A stretch of DNA of 64,000 nt. It comes from Tubulanus polymorphus. Taxonomy: Eukaryota > Animalia > Nemertea. The stretch lies in NCBI RefSeq assembly GCF_964204645.1, contig NC_134030.1, positions 14,384,110 to 14,448,109 of the forward strand, in the 5' to 3' direction. A program made the translations under genes and the position numbers. Numbering within the stretch: the first letter of the stretch is position 1; every line of letters begins with the position of its first letter. This document shows, one piece after another, positions 52,743-64,000 of the stretch. Below the pieces are notes generated by a model. The model was not told the origin of the DNA. It was given only the letters and a program-made list of their open reading frames with translations, and ran no database searches.

Positions 52743-54003
52743 TGATTCACAGCTAGATTTTCGTAGTATTTGAAAATGTTCGTAGTATTTAGAAATGTTC
52801 TTAATGTTGTTTCCGTATGCGTGGGGGTTACGTTAAAGCCGTCAGACAAGAACGTACTAGTAGTAAGAATTACGAAAGTTCTTGTTTGATGCTTTCATCT
52901 ACCAACGCAAACCATAAATCAGTCTATAAACAACAATTCTTTCTCGGTTCTTCTGCTGTGAGATCTGGCAAACATTCAGAAAATCTTTATATAAAACTTT
53001 TAAATAGTTGGAACCATATTTGGTTGGGTCGGAACAATGGAGTGTATTTATAATGAGGCTTGTGAAGGGATCACGCTGATACTTGATGATATTCCCGGCT
53101 ACTTTCCGTAAAAGGAAAAACCGGAAGTTTAGGAAGATGTGGTTGTTTTGCTTATCCTGTATTAAAATAGAATTAGTTAAATTGTAGATAAAATAATTAG
53201 TATAAGTATTTCAAATAATTTAAGAATTGATAATCAATCACAATGTATTCCGAATCGTAGTTAATTATAATAATTAAAAAAGAAACAATGAATTTGTACT
53301 GTAATTAGAAAAGAAAACAAAGTTTTGAAAAGATATTTAATTTGAGTAATCTAGATGTTGTTAAAGAACAACTTGTTAATAATCGCTAATGTTTTAGAAA
53401 AATTAATTTGTGTTAAATGTTAAAACTAGCTGTCTGAAGTTTCTGTTTTCTGTATGCGCTCGTTGGGAATTCACAGACAATAGCTGCTCTCTCAACAACG
53501 ACTAGCAAGGAGTGAGTAAATCACAACGCGTCATGACAGGAGGGTTGGAAGGAAAAAGTTAGTTTAGCAAATCAGTTTTGAAAATAATTTTAGATCAGCG
53601 AATCATTAAGGCCAAATTCTATATGACCAAAACAGTCATGACAGTAAGGTTGCTGCTCCTTGCCAAAAGTCGAGTGGGAGAGTCGGTATTTTAAGAATGC
53701 CGATTCTTTCTATAAAAGGGACCCGCATCTTGAGAGAGCAGTCACTCGAGAGAATCTGTGCCTTAGTAAGACGAGTGTCGACAGCAGGATAGGAGATGCT
53801 TCGGAACGATAGGGATTCATATACAATAGGGATTAGGAAAATCATTCTTTGTTCAAGGTAAATAAAATATATTATCTTCAATATTATCATCCAGTATTTC
53901 AATTTATTCATTCGGATTTGTGCACGGACACGTTCTCTCGCCAGGGCCTTACTCAAGTATTTTATAGATAACGATTAAAGAGAGGATTGTGACCGGTGTA
54001 TCA
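52743..54003. mobile_element. Solo LTR, ~1.26 kb, 4-bp TSD (Gypsy-like), copy B
   Basis: TGAT...ATCA termini, TSD CTAC at 52739-52742 and 54004-54007. Confidence 0.92.
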
Positions 54004-54153
54004 CTACCATTTCAACAATCAATTCAGCTAAAATACAATTATATACATATCTATGAAATAAATTCTACACATGTTTTACAAATCTTTAATTCTAGTTACT
54101 AATATACATGTAATTTTAATCCTTTTAAATGAATCAATAATAATCTACAATTG

Positions 54154-55066
54154 CTACTCGGTAGTTTCTATCGGACACAATTTTGCAATTGGTCTAACCA
54201 ATGTTGTTTTACCAACTTGTAACTTAACTACTCGAACGTGCCCGTCTTTCCCTGGAAAGATCTCTAACACGCGCCCTAAAGGCCATTTACCCCTTGGTGT
54301 ATCTGACGATATTACTAAAACGACATCCCCGACTTTAAAATCTCGTTTAGTATCTGTCCATTTTTTGCGCGAATTCAACTGTGGTAACCATTCTCTCATC
54401 CATCTTTGCCAAAAATGTTTCATAAGTTCTTGGACACGTCGCCATCTTCTTCGTGGACTGAAATCCGTTTCATCTACAGTATCTGGCGCGAACTCACCTC
54501 CCATTTGACCGAACAAGAAATGATTTGGTGTCAACGGAACGTCATCATCTGGGTTAGCCGACTGGTATGTTAACGGCCTGGAGTTAATCAGTGCTTCAGC
54601 TCCAGTAAATGCCGACAATAACTCTTCATCGTTTACGTCTGCGTTCCCCAGTATAGCGTATATAGCTCGTTTCGCTGACTTGATCATCGTCTCGTGTACT
54701 CCTCCAAAATGGGGTGCGAGTGGCGGATTGAAGTACCATTTCACACCTTGGTTTGCCGTTGTACGTCTCATATTTTCTTTGTCTAAAAGTTTCACCAATT
54801 CTTTGAGTTCGTTGTTGGCTCCAACAAAATTCGTTCCGTTGTCTGAGTTCATCTCTATTGGCAGCCCTCGTCGATTAACCATTCGGTAGAATGCATTCAA
54901 AAACGCATCTGTGTCCAAACCGAATGCGAGTTCTAAATGGACTGCTCTCTTGACAAACATGTGAAAAGACACAAGTAACGCTTTTCTCTGCTCTTTCCGC
55001 GACCCTGTTTTGTGATGAATGGTCCACCAAAATCCACTGCTGTTCTTGCGAATGCGCGTATAGGCA
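54154..55066 (-). pseudogene. BEL/Pao element 3 integrase core and C-terminus
   Basis: [74 protein letters not shown]. Confidence 0.93.
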
Positions 55067-55069
55067 TTT

Positions 55070-55116
55070 TTGATGGGTTTCGTCGTCAGACGAACCCATC
55101 TATGGCATCGTCGTCA

Positions 55117-55148
<32 letters not shown>

Positions 55149-55150
55149 GA
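55070..55150. mobile_element. End of another HINE/pearl-like element (hairpin plus microsatellite) truncating BEL element 3
   Basis: T-run, hairpin GATGGGTTTCGTC-GTCA-GACGAACCCATC, then (GTCT)n. Confidence 0.6.
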
Positions 55151-57287
55151 TGTTTCTTTATGACACGATTTAAGCTGTTTGTGTCGACCGACAATTCTGT
55201 AATTTCACACAGGTATTCTCTACTTGATGTAGATGGTGCAGCTTGGTTTATATTTGATTCCGATGGTTATAAGTGCTCTAATTTGGTTAAAAGATAATTA
55301 ACGTTACTCGCTAGTTCAAGCCGCTGTATAGCGCGTTGCTACGACGACGCTCGATCAACATACTGGTACTCGCTGTGTAATACTGAACACGTATATACCT
55401 GTAGATATTGATCGTACTAGCACCGGTTTTAGATAGCGCGCGCGCTGATCGGTCTTAACACTTCTCGGAACTGCTGTGCTAAATGCTGAGAGGCCGAATC
55501 TATGCGCAATCATTTATTGGGCTCGTCACATTTGATAGTGAATGGATAAATAACCGGTGTCAATGCCGGTCGCTACTCCCCATCAGTATAACTCATCAGT
55601 ATAAAAAATAATTCTTTTGAGTTTTTTTTTTCAATCCCCGAAGTTGTTGTTACTATGTTGACCTCGCCGTTTTATAAGCTTACCGATGATTCTTCTAGTA
55701 TTTTCAGGGTCACAAGACATGACGAAGTCGCAAAGTTTTGTACAAATTTCACGAAACAAACAATTATTTAGGCGGCACCTGATCTATTGATTAATTATGA
55801 TAAATAATGTTTATTTCATTAAAAATTTGTTTTATTCAAACACTACTTTCATCGCAGATAGCGTGATCGGTAGGCCCTACTATTCTACGGTAGGACATGG
55901 ACTCTTTCATGTGGTAGGCCTATTACAAATGATACAATCCGCGTGTCCGTGAATAAGTGACACGTGGTGGGGCGGGTTGTGAGGAGCATCGAAACTAATC
56001 CGTCACAAATAATAGATAGAAAACAATACCTTAAGAGGTTAACTTTTATTAACATCATTACCAAATCAAAACCTGCACATCCTATCATAAATAGAAATTC
56101 TAAGAATTTATTTCAAAGAATAATAAATTACGTCTAAATATTGGGATTCGAACTCGTAGCATCGATTCAGGTGCCTTTCCCAAAGCGGGTATCCCGCGGG
56201 GAAAACCCATTACTATTTATATCGAGAATCGCCTTTTTGCGACAGCGCCACGGCGCTGGAGCATATTAAGTTGATCGAACCACCTGGTGTCTTCCAATAC
56301 CACCACCTAGTGGGCTCAAATTCAAGTTCAAATATACTTTATTGATACTCATCAAATACTTAATTATACTTAATTGTTACTTTATTCAATACTTTATTGT
56401 TCCCAGTACTGCAAATACATCGGATTTCCGCAATTAGGTAGACAGAACACAAATAAAATCAAGAATCTTTTAGTATTCAGAAAACAACGTACATGTTATT
56501 TTTCAACTTTAATTAGCAATGAGATAATTTTTTGCGACACTCACGGATGATGCGCATTCCCTTTCTGGAAGGCTGATCGGCTCTTCCCTGAAAAATTAAT
56601 TTCTGAATCGACGTCCCGTAATGATGAATACTATTTTTAGATCCCCTGATTTCAAAATTCAAAAATATAGATTGATATGAACCTTAGGTCTACCCTTGTA
56701 ATTAACAAATTATTCGAAAGCAAAGATCTTGCATTCGAGTTTATTCATTTTTTAAGCAGTTTCTTTATTTCAAGCCGCCGAATTGATTGTCTAAATCTCT
56801 TTGCTCTTCTCGGAACTTGTATTCAATTAAATTTTCTATTCTCATTCTACAATATGTACGTGAATACTATCAACGGTAGCATTTGTTTCTTTTCATTTCG
56901 TTTTTCATAATGATTTTGTAATATTTAAATCTTCATTCTATCGCGACGGGTGCTTCCGCTTTTAAACTGTTCGTTTGTTACTTCCGATTTTGTAATCTTC
57001 ATTAATTTATTCATTCTTTATGACTTCTCTCTCTCCAAAATCGGAATAATTGTATCCTTAGATACAATAGGATCTTGATTTTTAATGACTTTGCAAAACC
57101 ACCTGTCGCAGTATATTTCCTTTTAGAAATATACCTTGTTGACAGCGAGTTCGGTGAATGAAACAGAAACAATTACACAGAAACCCATCATGGAAAGTTT
57201 CTTTCTGGTTACCCTAAGTCGTGGCAACGGTTCCATGACCTGTGTTGCAGCCTTAGCTTTTCGTTTCTTATGTGCAGCATTCACGTT

Positions 57288-57554
57288 AGTAATAGGGATA
57301 ATAGGCTTTCAAGCCAAAGGTCGAACGGTCGAGCTCGTAAAAATGAAAAACATGAAAATAATAACAATTTCTACTTGAATTACTCGCGAAACTCATTAAA
57401 ATGAAAAATAAATTCTCACACGCTCGAATTTATTTTTCATTTTTATGAGTTTCACTCCTAATTCAAGTAGAAATTGTTATTATTTTTATGTTTTTCATTT
57501 TTTACTCACCCGCCCGTTCAACCTTTAGCTTGAAAGCCTATTATCCCTATTACT
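57288..57554. repeat. 267-nt imperfect terminal palindrome (fold-back hairpin) of copy 2
   Basis: AGTAATAGGGATAATAGGCTTTCAAGC... pairs with ...GCTTGAAAGCCTATTATCCCTATTACT; loop TCACACGCTC at 57416-57425. Confidence 0.97.
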
Positions 57555-57815
57555 CTTAAAATATTTATATACATGAATAAAATATATATGAATAACATAT
57601 AAATTGATAGATTATTCAATATAAAAGTGTGAGTAAAGTGTGAGCTCTTATAGAATAGATATAAAAGTATATATTTACAACATTATTTCAATATTCATAT
57701 TTGTGTGAGTTAGATTTTTAAACATTAAAAGTGTTAGTAAAGTGTGATTGAAATAATACATAATATAAATCATTGAACTTCTAAAATCAATTTTAATAGA
57801 AAATTTAGTATTAAA

Positions 57816-60800
57816 ATGGAAGCAAATAAGTACTACTGCCCAACATGTAATATCAATATACATAAATCCCAAAAATCAAGACACAATAAAACTAAAACAC
57901 ATTTAGAGAATAAATTGAAACTAGAATATAAAGATGATATATTAGAATCTAAATTAGATGAATTAAAGAATGAAAAAGAAACATATAAATGTGATACATG
58001 TAATCAATCATTCAGTGATAAAAGATATTATAAAGAACACTTAAAATCTAAAAGTCATGTTAGAAATAAGAATAATGATATTTTAGGTGAAGATTATTTT
58101 GATAAAGATAATGATAAGAAACAGAAGACAATTAAAAGCATAAAAAATAAATTAAACAATAAAAGACCATACATGGAAGATGTAAGAAATTATATTAATT
58201 CATTAGATAATAAAAAAGATATAGAAATAACCGAAGCATTTAAAAGTGATATTGGTCCAGCAGCTATCGAGTTTAAATTTCATAAAGGAAAAACGTTAGA
58301 AGAAAATAAAAAACATTTAGAAAATATGAAAGAAATAATAAAAATAATAACTGATGTTGAATATCCTAAAATCAGTATATCAGTTAAAGTAAAGTTTATA
58401 AAATCTGAAGATAAACCAATATATAATATAAATTCTCATTCACAACATATTATATCTAAACAACATATAGATGATAAATTAGATAAATGTTATAATGAAG
58501 TAAAAACTAAAATAGAAGAGAAATATTTTGAAGGATCTGGTTTAATATTTGATGAAATAATATTTATGACTTTACATGTTTATAACACAAAATATAATAA
58601 GTTAACTAAATCGAAACCAATTGATGAAAATAATGTATCATATTATAAAGAACCAGATATTGAAGCATCGAGTTATATTAAACTACCATTTAAAACTAAT
58701 GCTGTAATAAATGTACAAAATGAAGATGATAAATGTTTTCTATGGGCTATAATAAGTTGTTTACACCCAGTTGAAGATTATAAACAACATAATTTTAGAT
58801 TAACTCATTATAAACCATTTGAAAATAATTATAAGATAGATAAGTATCCTGTTAGAATTAAAAACGTCCCAAAGATAGAAAGAGATAATAATTTAAGAAT
58901 AAATGTATTTGATTTAATCAAATTGCCAAATACAAAAGGTAACAATATAAAACATTATACATTAGAACCTTTATATCTATCAAAAGATTATGATTCAAAT
59001 GATGTTATAGATATATTATATTATGAGAATCATCATATGTGGATTAAACAAATAGATTTATTCTTTAGAACAGAAAGTGATCACCATAATAAAATGTATC
59101 TATGTAGAAAATGTTTACTTAAATTCAGAACTGAAAGTGCATTATTAAATCATAAACAATTATGTGAAAATCATGATTATTGTAAATTAGTTTTACCAAA
59201 TGAAAAAGATAAAATATTAGAATTCAAAAAATATGATTACAAAAATAAAGTACCATTTGTAATATATGGAGATTTTGAATCATTAAATAAAGAACTAACT
59301 GATCAAGATAGAAAAGAATTATATTATAAAAGAAAGAAATGAAATTCTAATGAAAATGATTTTTCAGATGAACCACCAAAAACAAATACTATTAAAAAGA
59401 TTCATCAATCAGCTGCTGCTTTCGGGTTATATATTAAATCTGATTATCCAGAACTAATTGAAAGTGAATATTATCATTATAGAAATGAAAATGTAATCAA
59501 TCATTTTGTGACTTATTAATTGAATATGAAATAAGATTTAGTAAATTATTGAATGCAAATATAGAAATTATAATGACAGAAGAAGATAAAGAAGAATTTG
59601 AGTTTGTAGATAAATGTGATTATTGTGAAAAGATATTTAATTATAAAGATAAAAAAGTAAGCGAACATGATCCTTTGAATGGAAAGTTTAGAGGCGCAGC
59701 ACATGAGAATTGTAACTTACAAGCTAAGAAAATTAACTTTGTACCAATTATATTTCACAATCTATCAGGATATGATGCACATTTATTTATCAAACAGTTA
59801 TGCCATAAAATAGAAGAAATTAATAATGAAATAGAAAGATTAAATTCAAATAGATCAAAAGGTAAAATACCAACTTATAAATTTAGAATGTTAGCTAAAA
59901 CATCTAAGAATTATATATCATTCCAATTTGGTTGCCTAAGATTTATAGATTCATATAGATTTTTAAATAGTTCATTAGATAACTTATCAAAATCATTAGT
60001 TGATGATGAATTAAAGATATTAAAACAACACTACCCAAATAATGATGATTTTCAATTAATGAGATATAAAGGCGCAATTCCATATTCATTTTATAAGGAT
60101 CATAATGATTTCAATATAACTGAATTATTGAAAGAACAATTCTATGATGAATTAAAAAATGAATATGTTAAAGATGAAGTATATAATAGAACATTGAATA
60201 TTTGGAATCATTTTAGAATGAAAAATCATGGGCAATTAGTAGATTTATATTTTAAATCAGATGTATTATTATTAACCGATATATTCGAAAGGTTTAGAGA
60301 TGTAAACCTAAAATATTTTAATATTGATCCATGTCATTGTTATTCATCACCAGGATTAACATGGGATTGTGGATTAAATTTTACAGATATAAAAATGGAT
60401 TTGTTAACAAATATAGGTCAATTATTATTATTTGAAAAATCTATAAGAGGAGGAGTTTCAGGTGTATTAGGTGATAGATATTTCAATGTAAATGATAACC
60501 CTGGATATAAGTTATTATATATAGATGCAAATAATTTGTATGGTTGGGCAATGATGGAACCACAACCTTATGGAGTATTTGAATTAACTGAAGTTTCACA
60601 ACATGAAAATAATGATAAATTTGATTGGAAGAAAAGAATCCTAGATATTGCAGATGATTCAGATACTGGTTACTTCTTTGTTGTAGATTTAGAATATCCT
60701 GAACATATTAAATTTAAATCTAGAAATCTAGCTTACTGTCCAGAACATAAAACTGTAACACATGAAGAATTATCAAATTACCAAAAAAGAATTAAACCTG

Positions 60801-61871
60801 AAAATCATATTCATACAGAAAAGTTAATGGTAACTCAAGAAGATAAATATAATTATGTAGTACATTATAGAATGTTAAATTTTTATTTGAATCAAGGAAT
60901 GGTTCTAAAAAAAGTACATAGATATATTTCATTTAGTCAATCTAGGTGGTTAGAAAAATATATAGATTTTAACACCAAACAGAGAACTGAAGCTAAAACT
61001 GATTTCGAAAAAGATTTCTTCAAGTTAATGAATAATGCATTCTATGGTAAGACTTGTGAAAATATTAGAAATAGAAATGATATTGAGTTCGTTAGTAATG
61101 GTAAAACGATAAGGCATTTACAATCATATCCTAAGTTCATTGGTAACAGAATATTTGATGAAAATTTAGCCGCAGTTAAAATGAGAAGAACATCAATGAA
61201 ATTTTAAACCAATCTATGTTGGCGCTTCAGTTCTAGAATTATCAAAATTACTAATATATGAATTCTATTATAATGTATTACAACCACTTTTTGGAGAAAA
61301 ACATATAGAAATATTATATTTTGATACCGACAGTTACATATTAAAGATAAAAACTGATAACATAACTGATGATTTAAAAACATTAAAACATCATTTTGAT
61401 TTCAGTAATTATCCTAAAGATCATGAATTTTTTAGCAATGATAATAAAAATGTTCCAGGGAAGTTTAAGGATGAATTAGGTGGTGAAGAAATGATAGAGT
61501 TCATAGGTATTAGATCTAAAATGTATTCATATAAAACTAAAGAACATGAAGCTAAAAAGTTAAAAGGAATAACCAAAAATGTAGTAGAAAAGAATATTCA
61601 TTTCAAAGGTTACATCAATTGTATATTCAATGAAGAAGTTAGAAAACATAAGATGAGATGTTTAAGATCTGAAGATCATGAAATGTTTATTGAAGAAATT
61701 GAAAAGATAAGTCTAAACCCATTTGATGATAAAAGATATATTTTAGATGATGGAATTCATACAGTTGCTTATGGATGTAATTTAGATGAATACTTAAAAT
61801 TTAAAAGAGAAGAAACAAAAGAGAACGAGATAATGAAAAGAATTCTAACGTGTAAATCAAATTTTAATTAA
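57816..61871 (+). pseudogene. Family-B DNA polymerase, protein-primed type, with zinc fingers and an endonuclease VII-like domain; one stop (59340) and frameshifts near 59.5 and 61.2 kb
   Basis: CPTC..H...H and CDTC..H...H fingers; DDKCFLWAI; VIYGDFES; CDYC...EHDPLNGKFRGAAHENCN; FHNLSGYDAH; SDVLLL; YIDANNLYGWAM; KLMNNAFYGKT; YFDTDS; PFDDKRY. Confidence 0.95.
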
Positions 61872-61885
61872 AATATGTTATTAAA

Positions 61886-62239
61886 ATGGAGAGTAAACAA
61901 GCGCACAGTGAGAACAACAAATTATTTCTAGATAGAATAAAAGATATAACAAATGTAAAATCTGTAGATTATAAATTCAAAAAGTTAACAGAATTAACAA
62001 TCCATAAGAAATATCTAATTACAGATATGGTTACAGTTACTAATAATTATGGAGATAAATTAGTTATACACTTAGAATATGAAGGATTAAAAGGAAATAC
62101 ATATAAATTCAGAACATATTTACCGGATAGATTTCATAGATTATCAAGTGAAGACTTAGAAGAATTATGTTCTGGAGATTTCTATTTCGTATACAAAGGT
62201 AAGAATGAAAATGGGCACCATGAAATAGATTTCGAATAA
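61886..62239 (+). CDS. 117-aa protein, possible OB-fold ssDNA-binding or replication accessory factor
   Basis: Intact ORF directly after the polymerase; beta-rich pattern FKKLTEL...Y.I...YGDKLVI.L...YLPDRF; function is inference. Confidence 0.6.
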   Translation: MESKQAHSENNKLFLDRIKDITNVKSVDYKFKKLTELTIHKKYLITDMVTVTNNYGDKLVIHLEYEGLKGNTYKFRTYLPDRFHRLSSEDLEELCSGDFYFVYKGKNENGHHEIDFE

Positions 62240-62256
62240 GAAAATATGTAAAATAA

Positions 62257-63017
62257 ATGGTAGAATTAAAAGAATACAGAATATTTGTTGATTCTAGAAG
62301 ACTTACAGATTATAAATCACATAATTTACTAGTACAATTAGATAGAGAATTCAAGAATTGTGTAGATTTAAAATTAGTTAATATAAGTTTATGCAATTCT
62401 TTTTATAATATATCGAATAAAACTGTTGAACATAGAGCCTTTTTAATTTTTGATAAAAGTAAAAATGAATGGTCCTCTATATTCTTAAAACCGGGGTTAT
62501 ATAATTTAGATACATTAGTACAAGAAATTAATAGAAAAGCCTGGCACAAATTAGGTAGTAGTTCTGGGTTTGGTATTAGATTTTTAAAAAGTGAGAGTTC
62601 TGATAGAATAAAGGTAAGGTTGTCTAATAGTGAAAAACATAAATTTATGGTAAAAAGCCTATAGCTAAACTGTTAGGAATTCTTCCAGATAGATCTTTTA
62701 CAAATATTGACGCTACTACACCAAACTTAATACCTTACACACATTTTTATATTTATTGCAGTTTAATCGATCCTACAAAAACATTCGAAGCAACTAAAGA
62801 TATAACTTGTAATTCTGGTTTACTAAACATTTTACAATTGAAGAATGTTAAAGAATTTGGAACGCAAATAAATTATAATTTAACAGAATGTGATTTCAAA
62901 CCATGCATTCCTCATTTTAATAATTTTAGATTAGAAATTAGAAATCATAATGGATACTTAATTGATTTAAATAATTTCCCTGTAATTTATGAATTAGTTA
63001 TAAGATGTAGAGAGTAA
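62257..63017 (+). pseudogene. Minor capsid (penton, single jelly-roll)-like protein, one frameshift near 62655
   Basis: IFVDSR..., LVNISLCNSFYNI, PGLYN, then in a shifted frame AKLLG, FYIYCSLID, RLEIRNHNGYLIDLNNFPVIYELVI, matching the Polinton penton pattern. Confidence 0.7.
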
Positions 63018-63034
63018 TTTTTTTCACTATATAA

Positions 63035-63373
63035 ATGAATATAACTGTTGGACCGAGTATATGTTTTGGGTTTGATTTTAAACATGGTAAAGAAATAAGA
63101 ATTAAACTAAATGATGTAATTACTGATATAAAAAGTAAATCATTTAACAATGCACCAATGATTGATAAAGAAAATTATAATATAGAAAAAGTAATTGATT
63201 TAATTAAAACGCCTTTAGAATATTATGAATTAAATGAAGATGGAATTATTGATGATATTAAAAACATATTAACGAAAATATATGATAATCATGAAAGTAG
63301 TAATGAAATAAATGTTGAATTAATCATAAATAAGTTAACTAAATATTTTGATGATAGTAATTTTTTTGAGTGA
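63035..63373 (+). CDS. Hypothetical 112-aa element protein
   Basis: TATAAATG start, co-oriented, same composition as neighbouring genes. Confidence 0.6.
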   Translation: MNITVGPSICFGFDFKHGKEIRIKLNDVITDIKSKSFNNAPMIDKENYNIEKVIDLIKTPLEYYELNEDGIIDDIKNILTKIYDNHESSNEINVELIINKLTKYFDDSNFFE

Positions 63374-63587
63374 TAATAAGTGGATAATAACTGGATTATA
63401 TAATGGAGCATTACTATCAGTTGGAACTGTTGGTTATTCAATGGTATTAAAAAAAGTATTCAAAATGGGAAGTGTTAATGTTGATAGATTTGATATAAAT
63501 GATATTTTAAAATTAACATTAGCAGTTACTTTATCTAATTTAACTATTGATTATTTGGAAAAACAAAAATATATTCCTCCCATATAA
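63348..63587 (+). CDS. Small protein with two hydrophobic helices (putative membrane or virion protein)
   Basis: GLYNGALLSVGTVGYSMVL and ILKLTLAVTLSNLTIDYL segments; start codon uncertain. Confidence 0.6.
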   Translation: MMIVIFLSDNKWIITGLYNGALLSVGTVGYSMVLKKVFKMGSVNVDRFDINDILKLTLAVTLSNLTIDYLEKQKYIPPI

Positions 63588-63611
63588 ATGCGTAATTATT
63601 TTACTAAATAA

Positions 63612-64000
63612 ATGGCTTCTGCAGTTATAACTATAATAGAATCGGCAATTGTTAACGCTTTGGCATTTACTGGTGGTGGATATTTATTTAAACATATTGA
63701 TGAAAATAGTTCATTAGGAGAACAAAGAAGACATAACTTAGCATTAGAGAAATACAATAAAGCTGCAGAAGAATATAGTGAAAAGAGGCAAAACTATATG
63801 GATTATATTAACAAGGAATTATATGATCAGAAGATTTCACATAGAGATTTTCAATTAGTTGATGATGCAATGAGTTTATATAACGCGGTAACCAATAAAG
63901 AAAAATTACATCTATACAAACCTAAATTATCAGATTATTATACCCCAAGTAAAGAACAACAGAAATATGAAATAATTTGGATTTTAGGTGGAACAGTTAT
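63612..64000 (+). CDS. Putative membrane-anchored coiled-coil protein, runs off the window (not in the ORF track)
   Basis: MASAVITIIESAIVNALAFTGGGYLF...EQRRHNLALEKYNKAAEEY...PKLSDYYTPSKEQQKYEIIWILGGTV; open to the window end. Confidence 0.75.
   Translation, partial: MASAVITIIESAIVNALAFTGGGYLFKHIDENSSLGEQRRHNLALEKYNKAAEEYSEKRQNYMDYINKELYDQKISHRDFQLVDDAMSLYNAVTNKEKLHLYKPKLSDYYTPSKEQQKYEIIWILGGTV

Larger units (their letters stand above)
57288..64000 (+). mobile_element. Polinton/adintovirus-like pPolB element, copy 2 (continues beyond the window)
   Basis: Terminal hairpin, pPolB, then five tightly packed co-oriented intronless genes including a penton-like one. Confidence 0.9.

Noticed and set aside
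56140-56160. GGGATTCGAACTC as a tRNA gene (B box on the minus strand)
   Set aside because: No cloverleaf could be built; at most a decayed SINE or tRNA-like remnant

Overview
AT-rich, intron-bearing animal genomic DNA, probably a bilaterian invertebrate (inferred from the TE families and CTCF-type motifs). It is almost entirely nested mobile elements, and I recognise no host gene. LTR elements: three decayed BEL/Pao retrotransposons, two copies of a ~1.25-kb solo LTR with 4-bp TSDs, a 257-bp solo LTR and a DIRS-like gag remnant. Other elements: hAT, Sola2-like and PIF/Harbinger DNA transposons, several MITEs, pearl/HINE-type non-autonomous Helentron elements with 154-bp arrays, a 1.28-kb head-to-tail array and LINE fragments. 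The highlight is two related insertions (32.6-37.7 kb and 57.3-64.0+ kb) of an intronless Polinton/adintovirus-like element. Its family-B polymerase is of the protein-primed type and carries N-terminal zinc fingers and an embedded endonuclease VII-like domain. Both copies begin with a fold-back hairpin (267 nt with patterned mismatch bubbles in copy 2; 58 nt in copy 1), and their clear gene starts are TAAATG/TAAAATG. This suggests, by inference only, a linear hairpin-ended virus or plasmid that resolves its own telomere junctions. All family assignments come from motif recognition by eye; no searches were run.
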